Below are positions 1 to 12,457 of a DNA stretch of 64,000 bases, piece after piece. The notes under the pieces are model-generated. The model saw only the letters and a program-made list of their open reading frames with translations, made no database searches and was not told the DNA's origin. A program made the position numbers and the translations under genes. The DNA lies in assembly GCF_963921235.1 (NCBI RefSeq), contig NC_086100.1, positions 118,050,001 to 118,114,000 on the forward strand, written 5' to 3'. The DNA comes from Mobula hypostoma. Taxonomy: Eukaryota. Position 1 is the stretch's first letter. Every line of letters begins with the position of its first letter.

Positions 1-2279
1 TTGCACAAGGACTTTATGGTCAATGAACATGGTGAAATAGTGACCATAGAGAAGAAAATGAAAATGGCAGACTGCCCAAGAAGCTCAGGGTTAAACACGC
101 TGTATTTCCTTTTGTGGGGGGGGGGGGGCGCGGAGCTGCCACTGAAGAAGGCGAGTGGCTGCCACAGGCCTCTGACCAACTGCTCATACACATCACCCAC
201 AGCATGGTCTGAAGTGTCAGTAGTAATGGCTATGTGAACATTGGCAAGCAGGTGCACCTGCAGGGTCGTGTTGGAACGAGCTTGTTTGGTGTCATCACAT
301 ACTCTGGACATGTCTGCTGACCAGTTAAGCACGTGATTAGGGGCGTTGCCTTAAGCACACTATACGGGGGTGGGGGGGGTGTAGTTTCAGCAGCTCGCAG
401 AATGAAAGCAGTGATAGAAATTCACCATGCCTTTTTAGCAGAGCAGGGTGGTGGGAAATCCATAATAACAGCTACTTCTGATGGGAGTGGTATTGCATCT
501 TCTGCAGAGGTCACTGAGAAAGTCAATGGCTGACAACCCAAACTGGAATTTAGCAGGATTAATAATCAGCCAGTGTTGGCTTAATGCTCGGAAAGTGTGC
601 TGAGATGAGGTCCATGTTCACATTTGGATGCACTGGAGACAAGTATGTCATCCAGGTAAACAAAAAGAAAATCTAAGTATTTTAATTCAGAGTCCATCCG
701 CCATTGGAAAGTCTGTTCAGCATTTTTCAGCCCACGCGACATCCACAAAAACTCAAAAAGCCCAAATGGGGTTTTCACAGCAGTTTTTGGAATGTTGTCC
801 ATGCACACAGACACCTGATTGTAGCCCAAAACTAAGTCAACTTTAGAAGAAGACTAACTTTTTTGGCTAAACATGCTGAAAACTCTTGGATGTGTGGGAC
901 TGGATAATGATCAGGGCTGGTAGCCTTGTTAAGGCATCGGTAACCATCATACGGGTGGCAACCATCATTGGATTTAGAGAGATATGGAGGGGGGATGCCC
1001 AGCGGCTATTCAACCTGTGTAAAATGACAAGCCTTTCCATATTGGCAAACTCATCCTTCATGGTTGCCAGCTTTTCTGGGTCTAGTCTATGCACAAGGAC
1101 ATGGATCGATGTGCCAGTTCTGGAAACGTGGGGCTTGACCCCATGTTTTGTGACTGCAATGGAGAATGCGGGCTTGGTGTGGTTTGGGAATTTGCCCAGC
1201 ATCTGAGTAAACTCGCATGCGGTTGTGCATGTGCTTGTCAGAGTTGTTGTGGAGAGCTTACTAGGGGAACAAGTTAATGACCCAAAGTCCTTGATGTCCA
1301 CAAGCCGGCAGTTTTTAAGATCAACTAACAGTCCTTGGGCACACAGGAAATCTGCACTGAGCAGAAGTTACCACTTCAGCCAGGATGAAGTCCCATGTGT
1401 AATGTTATCCACTGAAGCAGAGCGTCACCCGTCGTGTCCCATAAGTCAGAATCCTGCTGCTTTTAGCGGCTTGCAGTTTTGTTGCTCTTTGCCTTCTCAT
1501 CAAAAGGTGATGAGAACAGCACACTCACTTGAGCTCCCGTGTCACTCTGGAAATGTCGCCCAGAAAGGGGGTCTATCATGAACAGTAGAATACCCTGGCA
1601 TGGGAACCCACGGTGCTCACAGACCTCTGATCTCCCGATGTACCAGCACTGTCGAAGCTGCAAGGCAGTTTGGACATCCCAGCATTTCACGGCCATGCGT
1701 GTCCTTATGTTTGGGGCCTTGCTGACCGGGTTTATTGAGCCAGGGAAAGGAGGAGAAATGATGCATCTCTACCTGGCTGAGTGTAGACTATCCTCAATTT
1801 TAACAAGTTCACAGGTGTATTAGTGAGGGCTATGTAAACTTGATCAGGCATTTGCTGCATAAAGAGTTCTTTAAAAGTAAAACAAGGATGGTGATTTCCC
1901 AGAAGAGACAGCATATGGTCCTTTAGCTCTGAAGGCCTAGCATCCTCCAGGCCAGGCAAGGATTGTGACTGTTTGGCGTGCTCAGACTCCGATAGTCTAA
2001 AAGTCTGTAAAAGGTTAGTTTACAGTGATCGATATTTATCTTGTTCAAGTGGAAGTTCAAGCAGATTCACCATTCTTGCTGCTGTGGACCTACTGAGTGA
2101 CATTGCTACATAGTAGTACCTGCTGTCACCGATGAAGGCTTCTCGCAGCACGAATTGGGCCTCAGCTTGTATAAACCAAGTGATGGCATTTTGCTCCGAA
2201 ACTCCAGCAGTCTCAAAGTGACTGTGTTGGCCGACGCATTGAATAACTCTGCAATCATCCTAGAGCATTGGGGTCACCA
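1..2279 (-). mobile_element. Degenerate Ty3/Gypsy LTR retrotransposon internal region (gag-protease-RT)
   Basis: Minus strand reads gag (…AITWFIQAEAQF…RYYYV…; LEDARPSELKDHMLSLL), a protease-like segment (SDTGAQVSV) and RT (WASPLH; IPKTAVKTPFGLFEF…FVYLDDILVSS). PBS-like TGGTGACCCC at 2279-2270. Frameshifts and stops throughout. Confidence 0.9.
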
Positions 2280-3373
2280 GGATAGGTTTTCATAAATAAA
2301 AAGGCAGAGGTGTTTTAAGTTTAAGGGAAACTTGTTACGGCACTTACCCATTTGCGTCAGCTTCCAAGGTTTAGATGCTCTAACTCCCAAGAGTATGGAT
2401 AGCAGATGCAGCCCTTTTAAAGATTCAGGACAGTCCCACTAATTGCCAATCATGTTTTGGGCGTTAAGGAATGAGCATTTAAGGAACACCTGAACTGAGA
2501 ATCGGTGCTCAATTGTAAGTCGACTCTTGACTTTGTCTAGTGTTTGCTTTGTGCTCAGATTCAAGATCCAGTTTGAAACCATGTCTCAATCCTTGCCTCA
2601 GATACTCCAGCATCTGCGTCCAAACCATCCTCGTCAAAGACTCTCATTGCAAAACCATAACAGCTTCTTTATTGTCCTCCAAACACAGAACCTAAAGCGT
2701 GATAGAACCTGAGATAATCATGTCATCATGTCAGAACAGCCTCTTAAAGTGAACCCCAGCTCAGTGTTGGTGGTTGTGAATTATGGATATGTTTCCACCA
2801 ATTACATTACTCTACAACACCATTAACTTATTTAAAATTTGTGGTTATAAAGTGTATGCTGATCATGTAGCACTGATAAATTTGCAAAGATCGTCACTGA
2901 TAAAAAGTAACACCAGAACAAGTCTATGATGCTGATTCTTTTTATACCTAAGAAAAAACCTAAAAAGGAAGTACATAAAATACAAAAACAGTAACCTTTT
3001 AATCAAAACACAGCATTGAAAGTGGAGAATGAAAGCTTGCTGTTGTTTGAATTTCTTCAACAGCTGATTCAGGTATTCTCCCAATGCTGCTGTGCTGCAT
3101 TTGTTATCCAGCACACACTACATTTTCATCATACTAATGGTATGTAATATTTTTTATTCTTAAGTATATATGTGTTGTGAACAAGTGTAAGACAAAGATT
3201 GTTCACTAGTATCACATAAATACAGAATCAGAAATTATGGTGATCCCAAGCTATCTCATAATATATTCCAAAATCTGAAACTCTTCTGGCCCCAAGCATT
3301 TCAGATAAAAGGTACGTAACCTATACTTGTAAGGAAAGGCTTGAGAAAGTAATTGAAAATTTGGTGAGTAGGG

Positions 3374-3600
3374 ATCAGAATCAGGTTTAATATCACCGGC
3401 ATATGTCATGAAATTTATTTTATTGATGGCAGAAGTGAGGTAGTGTTCATGGGTTCAATGTCCATTCAGAAATCTGATGGCAGACGGGAAGAAGCTGTCC
3501 TTGAATTGTTGAGTGCATGCGTTTAGGCTTCTGTTCCTCCTTCCTGATGGTAGCAATAAGAACAAGGCATGACCTGGGTGATGAGGGTCCTTAATGAGCC
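3374..3600 (-). mobile_element. Rex1/Babar-like LINE 3' fragment
   Basis: (CTGATT)n tail and 3' UTR shared with copies ending near 9557, 10601 and 47197. Minus-strand remnant of the HPGHALF…LPSGR motif. Confidence 0.7.
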
Positions 3601-3654
3601 AGCGATTGTCATTAACCTAGCCCAGGGGATTACTATTGTAACTTGTCTATACTT

Positions 3655-3960
3655 CCTGCTGTCTCAGAGAAGCACTCACATTCATTCTTCCTCCTTCCAA
3701 AAGTCAGAAGATACAAAAGCTTGAAAGTACACACCACCCGGTTCAAGGAAAGCTTCTGTGCTGCTGATATAAGACTGTTGAATGGAGTTTCTAACATTCA
3801 AGATGAACACTTGAGCTCCTAACCAACATTATTTGACTATTGCCTCTTGTTGTCCACATTTTTGTGGTAACTGTAACAATACATACTGAACTCTGTTATT
3901 GTTTTTTCTTGTACTACCTGACTATACCCAGGTTTTATAATGGTCTGTATGGATTGCTTG
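3655..3960 (+). mobile_element. Older Rex1/Babar-like LINE 3' fragment
   Basis: Translates to …RRYKSLKVHTTRFKESF…, the same C-terminal motif family as the other copies. Confidence 0.55.
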
Positions 3961-3989
3961 CAGAACTAGGTTTCATTTTGTCACTAGGT

Positions 3990-5250
3990 TTCATGCTGAG
4001 CTCGTTGACTTTATTAACTTTGCCTCCAACTTTCACCCTGCCCTCAAGTTTACCTGGTCCATTTCTGACACCTCCCTCCCCTTTCTAGATCTTTCTGTCT
4101 CTGTCTCTGGAGACAGCTTATCCACTGATGTCTACTATAAGCCTACTGACTCTCACAGCTATCTGGACTATTCCTCTTCTCACCCTGTCTCTTGCAAAAA
4201 TGCCACCCCCTTCTCGCAATTCCTCCGTCTCCACCACATCTGCTCTCAGGATGAGGCTTTTTATTCCAGGACGAGGGAGATGTCTTCCTTTTTTAAAGAA
4301 AGGAGCTTCCCGTCCTCTACCATCAACTCTGCTCTCAAACGCATCTCCCCCATTTCATGCACATCTGCTCTCACTCCATCCTCCCGGCACCCCACTAGGA
4401 ATAGGGTTCCCCTGGTCCTCACTTACCACCCCACCACCCTCCGGGTCCAACATATTATTCTGCGTAACTGCCGCCACCTCCAACGGGATCCCACCACTAA
4501 GCACATCTTTCCCTCCCCCCCTCTCTCTGCTCTCCGCAGGGATCACTCCCTACGCGACTCCCTTGTCCATTCATCCCCCCCATCCTTCCCCACTGATCTC
4601 CCTCCTGGCACTTATCCTTAGAAGCGGAACAAGTGCTACACATGCCCTTACACTTCCTCTCTTACCACCATTCAGGGCCCCAAACAGTCCTTCCATGTGA
4701 GGCGACACTTCACCTGTGAGTCGGCCGGGGTGATATACTGTGTCCGGTGCTCCCGATGTGGCCTTCTATATATTGGCAAGACCTGACGCAGACTGGGAGA
4801 CCGCTTTACTGAACACCTACGCTCTGTCCGCCAGAGAAAGCAGGATCTCCCAGTGGCCACACATTTTAATTCCACATCCCATTCCCATTCTGACATGTCT
4901 ATCCACAGCCTCCTCTACTGTAAAGATGAAGCCACACTCAGGTTGGAGGAATAACACCTTATATTCTGTCTGGGTAGCCTCCAACCTGATGGCATAAACA
5001 TCGACTTCTCTAACTTCCGCTAATGCCCCACCTCCCCCTTGAACCCCATCTGTTATTTATTTTTATACACACATTCTTTCTCCCACTTTCAAATCTCTAA
5101 CTAACTCTTCCTTCAGTTAGTCCTGACGAAGGGTCTCGGCCTGAAACGTCGACTGTACCTCTTCCTAGAGATGCTGCCGGCCTACTGCGTTCACCAGCAA
5201 CTTTGATGTGTGTTGCTTGAATTTCCAGCATCTACAGAATTCCTGTTGTT
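3990..5250 (+). mobile_element. Penelope-like element (PLE), 5'-truncated: RT C-terminus, GIY-YIG endonuclease and pseudo-LTR
   Basis: RVPLVLTYHP linker, then FTCESAGVIYCVRCSRCGLLYIGKT*RRLGDRFTEHL (GIY-YIG) at ~4708-4820 and a LQPDGINIDFSNFR* C-terminus. 3' repeat contains a hammerhead motif. Confidence 0.9.
5118..5155 (+). ncRNA. Minimal type I hammerhead ribozyme motif in the PLE pseudo-LTR
   Basis: TAGTC-CTGACGA-A-GGGT(CTCG)GCCT-GAAAC-GTC^GACTG: CUGANGA and GAAA core boxes, a stem II hairpin, AGUC/GACU stem I and a GUC cleavage triplet. Confidence 0.75.
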
Positions 5251-6191
5251 AGCCTATCTAATTAGTCAGCTTTTCCTGGATTCCATGTGACTGAACCTTC
5301 CAAAGAACCTACCATACAGAACTTGTTCAAAAGCATTACTGAATTCCATATAAACTACATCTACTCTACTTCCTTCATCAACTTTTTCGGTCACCTCATC
5401 AAAAGTTGGTATGGTTGAACGTGTTTAACTTGCTTCACTGGTCAAAGTGCTGCAGGAGCAATCCAGCAATAATCTGGTTACTAATTAATTGGAGTCTGGA
5501 TAAGGATGGTTGAAGCAGGAGGTCATAAATAACAGAGGACCTCATTTACATTTTAAGGCTACAAATGAAAAGATACTTGCTATACATTTGCATCAGTCAA
5601 AAGCACTCTGGCTAGAGAGCGCAATAGATAAGCCTTAAAAAATCGTCTCCACGGAATCTTTGTTGTTAATTTTAAGTGGCTAGAAGTGGCAATGTGGCTC
5701 TAGATTCACGCAAAAATGTGATCTCATAGAGAGTGTTTAACCTGAAGTGTTAATTCTGTTTCTATTTTCTTTGCTGCTGCCTGACCTCTTGAACATTTCT
5801 AATATTTTCTGATTTTCAAAAGTGAATGGCGCTGCAAAAAATCAAATCCCTGTTACCAAAAGGAGCTAACTGCCATCAACGCAACAAAAGAGCTGGATAG
5901 CTTCTTCCTGTACCACATCTAATAAACATGTCTGGAACCCATTGCACACCATGGAAAGGGAAATGATCCTCCTGCTGCTTGTCATATGGCCAAAGTATGA
6001 ATGGGCCTGATGTCTTCTCAAGGCCTAATTAATATGTTACAAAAAAATGAACATTTCCTCACAAAGTGCAATAATTCACCACGGAGTCATTAACATAAAG
6101 TGACTGCCAACCCATCAGAAGCATAGATTCCTCACTGATAGCCTCATATATAGCTGTATAGGCATACAGCTATGGAATACTTCGCTTAATA

Positions 6192-6825
6192 AGTGGGAGG
6201 AGAAGATGGTGGCGCGACACAGCGCGCACAGCTCTCCGGTGAAATGATATCGTATTTGCAAGTAGGACACCGTGCACAATTCTGATTTGATGGAGACAGA
6301 CGTGAGAAGCAGAGGAACATCTAGAGAAATTTCTGAAATGCCCGGTTTGCTGCCACTGCTACTGTGTGATCGAGAATCTCTGGAGGGAAGGCCACAAAAT
6401 CTCTGGCTTTGCCTGCTGCTGGTGACCGAGGCTGAGGTCGAAGCATTCGGCAGAGATGGTGCTTGGTACTCGGTGTCGGAGGGCTGATCAGAGCTCAAAG
6501 TTTTCGGACAACTCAGAGTCGGACTGTGGTCGGGCATGGCAGGGAGAGTTATCTTCCTTCTCCCGTCTGCATGAGATGTGGGACTTTCGAGAGACTTTGA
6601 ACTTTTTTACTGTGCCATGGCCTGTTCTTCATCAAGTTATGGTATGGTTGCATTGTTGTAACTATATGTTATAATTATGTGGTTCTTGTTAGTTTTTCAG
6701 TCTTGGTCTGTCCTGTGTTTCTGTGATATTACACTGGAGGAATATTGTACCATTTCTTAATGCATGCATTACTAAATGACAATAAAAGAGAACTGCCTGT
6801 CCTCATAATCTAATCTAATCTAATC
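6192..6825 (+). mobile_element. ~630-bp non-coding retroposon (SINE-like or internally deleted LINE), copy 1
   Basis: Starts GGGAGGAGAAGATGG and ends AATAAAAGAG…(TAATC)n. Colinear with a second copy at 55666-56286. Confidence 0.75.
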
Positions 6826-7065
6826 ATTCATAGCTTCCACCCTGCTTATCACATTCTCCCAAGACTCTACACAATACTTACTCAAGTAATCTACCACCTT
6901 ATTTAGCTTAGTTAAATACTGTATATGATACTCTTGCAAAGTGTTTGGGAAATTTTAACAAGCCAAAAGAAGAATAAAAATCCAAATTAGTCAAATTGGT
7001 TTTCTGTTTGGTCACTAAAATTAAACCATTAAATGGATCCATTGTAATATCCAGTAGAGTGTCCA

Positions 7066-7562
7066 AAGTTCAAAGTAAATTTTATTATCAAAGTATATAC
7101 AGTATATGCCACCATATACAACCCTGAGATTCATTTTCTTGTGGATATACTCAATAAATCTATAGAATAATAACAATAATAGAATGAATGAAAGACCACC
7201 CTACTAGGGCACTCATCCAGAGTGCTGAAAACAACAAACTGTGCAAATACAAAAAGAAGAGATAATAATAATAAATAAATAAGCAATAAATATCAACAAC
7301 ATGAGAGGAAGAGTCCTTGGAAATAAATCCATTGGTAGCGGGAACATTGGGCAAGTGATGTTGAGTGTAATTATCCCCTTTGGTTCAAGAAATTGATGGC
7401 TGAGGGGTTATAACCGTTCCCGAACCTGATGCTGTGAGTTTTGAGGCTCCTGTACGTTTTCCTGATGGCAGCAGTGAGTAGAAAGTATGGTCTGGGTGGT
7501 GGGGGTCCCTGATGATGGATGATGCTTTCCTGCAACAGTGTTTCATGTAGGTGTGCTCTATG
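7066..7562 (-). mobile_element. Rex1/Babar-like LINE 3' fragment
   Basis: (TTTGAA)-type tail at the left end. Minus-strand IIRDPHHPDH…LSLLPSGKR remnant. Confidence 0.65.
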
Positions 7563-8169
7563 GTATATCAGTACAGAAGATCAATGAATTTTGTGAATTT
7601 TCCAAAAGTTACACAATGTTTTTCTTGCAGTTGATTCCTACTTGATGGAAGGATTGCTGTATATTTTCCTATTTTTTTCACACCAAGACAGGAGGAATGG
7701 AGTTAATCAATGGTTTTCAAGCACATGGTGAAAGCATACTGAAAGATGGTATATACTTGTTACAATCATTCTACACAGCAAATTATTGCATCACTATTCC
7801 AAAACCTAATGTGCCCTCGTAATCCTGCTTGTGACTTTACGTAATAAATTGCAGTGCCAGATACAGAGTATTTTTAAATTTGCCACTCATCCAAAAGAAC
7901 AAGGGGTTTGATCATGAAGTGCACGTTTCATGGATTAGTCACAAGAGTTAATATTTAATTACATCTGTGTTTTTTTTATCATTGCAAATGAGCTTCACTG
8001 ATGCTGGAATTGATAATCAATTACCTCTTTTTGAAAAGCATTTGACAAGGTCCTTTGTGGCAGACTAGTCCAGAAGATTGAGTCACAGGTGATTCACAGT
8101 GAGTCGATCCATCAGATGCAAAATTCACTCTGTCATAGATGACAGAAAAGAGTGGAAAAGGAGTCTTGA

Positions 8170-8430
8170 AAGAAGGTAGAGAGGAGATGTCAGGGGTAAG
8201 TTTTTTACACAGAGAGTGGTGAGTGCATGGAATGGGCTGCTGGCAACGGTGGTGGAGGCGGATACAATAGGATCTTTTAAGAGATTCCTGGATAGGTACA
8301 TGGAGCTTAGAAAAATAGAGGGCTATGAGTAACCTTAGGTAATTTATAAAATAAGTACATGTTTGGTATAGCATTGTGGGCCGAGGGGCCTGTATTGTGC
8401 TGTAGGTTTTTTTATGTTTCTATATTTCTT
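8170..8430 (+). mobile_element. CR1 LINE 3' fragment
   Basis: FFTQRVVSAWNGL motif, then a CR1 3' UTR ending in TTTCTAT-type repeats. Confidence 0.85.
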
Positions 8431-8449
8431 TGTAAACTTCAGAATTGTA

Positions 8450-9557
8450 GTAAGACCAAAGAGCTGATTATGGACTTCAGAAAGGGTAAAATGAGGGTAA
8501 AATTAGGTATACAAGATAATGAGAGGCATTGATTGTGTGGATAGTCAGAGGCTTTTTCCCAGGGCTGAAATGGCTAGCACGAGAGGGCATAGTTTTAAGG
8601 TGCTTGGAAGTAGGTACAGAGGAGATGTCAGGGGTAATTTTTACACAGAGAATGGTGGGTGTGTGGAATGAGCTGCCGGCGGCGGTGGTGGAGGTGGAAA
8701 CGATAGGGTCTTTTAAGATGCTCCTGGATGGAAACATGGAGCTTAGAAAAATAGAGCGCTATGGGTAAGCCTAGGTAGTTCTAAGGTAAGGACATATTCG
8801 TCACAGCTTTGTGGGCCGAAGGGCCTGTATTGTGCTGTAGGTTTTCTATATTTCCATGTTTATATCTACCAGTTCTCACAGAGGGGTCAGAAGTGGAAGG
8901 AGAGCAATTTCAAGTTCCTGGGTGTCAATATCTCTGAGGATGTAAGCTGGGCCCAACATATAAGAAGGCCTAACAGTGGGTATAGTTCATTAGGTGTTTG
9001 AGGAGATTTAGTATGTCACCAAAGACACTTAAATTTCTACAGTTGTACTGTGGAGAGCATTCTAACTGGCCACACCACGATCTGGTATGGTGGGGGAAGC
9101 GCTACTGCACAAGATCGAAGTGAACTGCAGAGAGTTGTAAACTTAGTCAGTTCCATCACGGACACCAGCCTCCCCAGCATTCAGGACATCTTTAAGAAGA
9201 GTGACCTCAAGAGGATTGTATCCATTATTAAGGGCCCCCGTCACCCAGGACATGCCCTCTTCTCATTGCCACCATCACGAAGGAGGTACAGAAGCCGGAA
9301 GGCACATACTCAATGATTCAGAAACAGCTTCTTTCCCTACGCCATCCAATTTCTGAATAGATGTTGAATCCATGAACACTACCTCACTACTTTTTTTATT
9401 TCTAGTTTTTGCACTACTTCTTTAATTTAGCTATTCAATATGTATACTTATTGCAATTCACATTTTGTTTCTAATATTATGTATTGCATTGTACTGCAGC
9501 TGCAAAGTTAACAAATTTCATGATATATGCCGGTGATATAAAACCTGATTCTGATTC
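8450..9557 (+). mobile_element. Rex1/Babar-like LINE 3' part, interrupted by a CR1 fragment
   Basis: KTKELIMDFRK, then [CR1 insert], FKFLGVNISED, ESILTG…WYG, HPGHALFSLPPSRRRYRS. (CTGATT)n tail. Confidence 0.8.
8505..8862 (+). mobile_element. CR1 3' fragment nested in a Rex1-like LINE
   Basis: FTQRMVGVWNELP motif and CR1 3' UTR. The Rex1-like coding sequence resumes after it. Confidence 0.85.
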
Positions 9558-10600
9558 AAAAATCTTTTGTACCTGTTTGGAAAGCTCTAAGGTTCTACCT
9601 TTGCCAGGCTAGCTCTGTCATAGTGTAGTTGGTGCTAAATTGGAGATTGTCACCTGCTCTGCAGCAAGAACATATTTAACTGAAAGTAGATCACCATTGA
9701 TGTAGTTGAGAAGCTGAACCATAAAAGCAGCTTTGTGATCTTCACACAGAAAAATTGACAAAGCTTCATATCCCAGATGCCGTAAAGAACTAAGGAGACT
9801 CATAAATCAGCAATTATTCACACAAGGATATATAATGAACCAACCTTACTAAACAAGGAAATGGCTATGCAATATGCATTAGTAAAAACTGAGTACAATG
9901 TACTCCTGTGGTCAGATTACCAACAAGATCTTGAAAACAATATGAGTGGTATAATTTATGGTTCCGCTGAGTTTGGATTTCTTCCAACTGCCTCTTGAAA
10001 CTTCATGGATCTATAAAGAAACAGAAAAGTTTAAAACGGTACGATTATAATTGGGGTAAATTAATTTGCATGGTATGTTTTATTGTGCATTACAAAAATG
10101 CAGTATTTATTGACAAGTGTTGGCAATGGGAATGAGTACAGCAGATAGTTTGCTCACTTGTGCAAGTGCAAATGGATCATCTGAGTATTCACCACAGTGA
10201 CTGGTGTTTGAAATCAAAGAGAATGCAACAGAACAGAATGGGAAAATAGAGCTTGAAGTGAAAAAATGGGGCGTTAAGGACAATAGCCTTTATTGCATTT
10301 GTTCCCCTTGTAGTGCACATAACTATTAAAAAAAATTGAATTGTACTGCTTGTGAACTTCAGCTAATTAATTCAACTCAGACACTTTCAAGTCACATTTA
10401 TGGTGGTCGACGATAGATGGAGGTTCACCCACATTCAAAAGTAGTGAGTTCAATTTCTTTCGCACGGACCAAACTACATTATGTACTGTATGTTAGTACT
10501 TCAGTGTATTACTGAATGTTAGACTGTTGATCAAATACCCCTATTTGTCTGCTCAAAACAACCATTAAAACATAAGGCCATTTGGACATTCTGAGGATAT

Positions 10601-11468
10601 CAGAATCAGAATCAGGTTTATTATCACCTACATGTGTCGTGAAATTTGTTCACTTAGCAGCAGCAGTTTGGTGCAATACATAATATAGAAGAAGAAGAAA
10701 ATAATGAAATAATAATAAATAAATAAATTGCAGTATATGTATATTGAATAGATTTAAAAATCATACAAGAACAGAAATAATATGTATTGAAAAAGTGAGG
10801 TAGTGTCCAAGGGTTCAATGTCCATTTAGGAATCGGATGGCAGAGGGGAAGAAGCTGTTCGTGAATCACTCAGTGTGTGTCTTCAGGCTTCTGTACGTGC
10901 TACCTGATGGTAACAGTGAGAAAAGGGCATGCCCTGGGTGCTGGAGGTCCTGAATAATGGATGCTGCCTTTCTGAGACATTGGTCCTTGAAGATGTCCTG
11001 AGTACTTTGTAGGCTATTACCCAAGATAGTGGTGACTAAATTTACAAACTTACAACCCTCTGCAGCTTCTTTCAGTCCTGTGCAGTACCATCCCCCCGTA
11101 CCAGTCAGTGATGCAGCCTGTCAGAATGCATTTACTGAAGTTTTTAAGTGTATTTGTTGACATAGCAAATCTCTTCAAACTCCGAATGAAGTGTAGTCAC
11201 TGTCATGACGAAAGGTCCCAGTCCGAAATGTCGACTGTACCTCTTCCTATAGATGCTGCCTGGCCTGCTGCGGTCACCAGCATTTTTTGTGTGTGTTTCT
11301 TGAATTTCCAGCATCTGCAGATTTCCTCGTGTCTGTGTTTTTAGTCACTGTCTTGCCTTCTTTATAACTGCATTGATATGTTGGGACCAGGTTAGGTCCT
11401 CAGAGATCTTGACACCCAGGAACTTGAAACTGCTCACTGTCTCCACTTCTGATCCCTCTATGAGGATT
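10601..11468 (-). mobile_element. Rex1/Babar-like LINE 3' part
   Basis: Closely colinear with 47197-47950 (ILIEGSEVE…SSFKFLGVKISEDLT; (CTGATT)n tail). Confidence 0.85.
11205..11341 (+). mobile_element. PLE pseudo-LTR fragment with 11-bp TSD
   Basis: Degenerate hammerhead core followed by the PLE terminal sequence. TAGTCACTGTC is duplicated at 11194-11204 and 11342-11352. Confidence 0.8.
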
Positions 11469-11519
11469 CCGGTACCACTTCCGGTAAGTTTTTTGTTCAG
11501 ATTATTTAGAGTAGAGAGA

Positions 11520-12455
11520 ATGCCAGGCAGGATATTGGAATGCTCCTTTTGCAGGATGTGGGAAGTCAGGGAGCCCTCCGGTGTCCCTGACAATGACTCC
11601 TGCAAGGAGTGCATCCAGCAGCAGCTCCTGACAAACCGCGTTAGGGAACTGGAGCAGGAGCTGGATGACCTGCAGATCATTTGGGAGAATGAGGAGATTA
11701 TAGATAGTAGCTACAGGGAGGTAGTTACACCAAAGGAGCAGAGGACAGGAAATTGGGTCACTGTCAGGCAAGGGAAGAGGAAAGGGCAGGCAGAGCAGGG
11801 TTCCCCTGTGGCCATTCCCCTCAACAACAAGTATACCGCATTGGATACTTTTGGGGGGGATGATTTACCAGGGACAAGCTGCAGTAGCTGGATCTCTGGC
11901 ACTGAGTCTGGCTCTGCAGTGCAGAAGGGAGGGGGGAGAAAGAGGAGAGCAGAAGTGATAGGGGACTCGATAGTTAGAGGTGCAGATAGGAGGTTCTGTG
12001 GTCGTGACAGAGAATCCAGGATGGTTTGTTGCCTCCCGGGTGCCAGGGTCAAGTATGTCTCTGATCGCTTGCATGACATTCTGAAGTGGGAGGGTGATCA
12101 GCCAGATGTCGTGGTGCACATCGGTACCAATGACATAGCAAGGAAGAGTGAGGAGGTCCTGGAGAGTGAGTATAGAGAGCTTGGTAGGAAGTTGAAAAGC
12201 AGGACCTCAAGGGTGGTAATCTCAGGATTGCTACCTGTGCTACGTGCCAGTGGGGGTAGGAATAGGATGCTCTGGAGGAGGAACAAGTGGCAGAGGAACT
12301 GGTGTAGGGGGCAGGGTTTCAGATTTCAGGATCATTGGGACCTCTTCTGGGGCAGGTGGGACCAGTACAAGAGAGACGGGTTACACTTGAACTACAGGGG
12401 GACCTTTATCCTTTCAGGGAGGCTTGTTAGTGCTACTGGGGGGGCTTTAAGCTAG
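11520..12455 (+). CDS. CR1 ORF1 protein (CxxC motifs, coiled coil, SGNH/GDSL esterase-like domain)
   Basis: Open frame MPGRILECSFC…CKEC…RVRELEQELDDL, then VIGDSIVRG, VVHIGTND and DGLHLN, the SGNH blocks typical of CR1 ORF1. Confidence 0.85.
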   Translation: MPGRILECSFCRMWEVREPSGVPDNDSCKECIQQQLLTNRVRELEQELDDLQIIWENEEIIDSSYREVVTPKEQRTGNWVTVRQGKRKGQAEQGSPVAIPLNNKYTALDTFGGDDLPGTSCSSWISGTESGSAVQKGGGRKRRAEVIGDSIVRGADRRFCGRDRESRMVCCLPGARVKYVSDRLHDILKWEGDQPDVVVHIGTNDIARKSEEVLESEYRELGRKLKSRTSRVVISGLLPVLRASGGRNRMLWRRNKWQRNWCRGQGFRFQDHWDLFWGRWDQYKRDGLHLNYRGTFILSGRLVSATGGALS

Positions 12456-12457
12456 AT

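Noticed and set aside
2333..2816. Additional solo LTR (TGTTA…TACA)
   Set aside because: LTR-like ends but no TSD or partner copy in the window, so too weak to list.
3064..3072. 9-nt microexon (…TTCAACAG|CTGATTCAG|GTATTC)
   Set aside because: The donor is weak, such motifs arise by chance, and there is no gene context. It would need RNA-seq junctions.
9618..9803. 61-aa ORF in non-repeat DNA as a host exon
   Set aside because: No recognisable domain or convincing splice sites, and the length is expected by chance.
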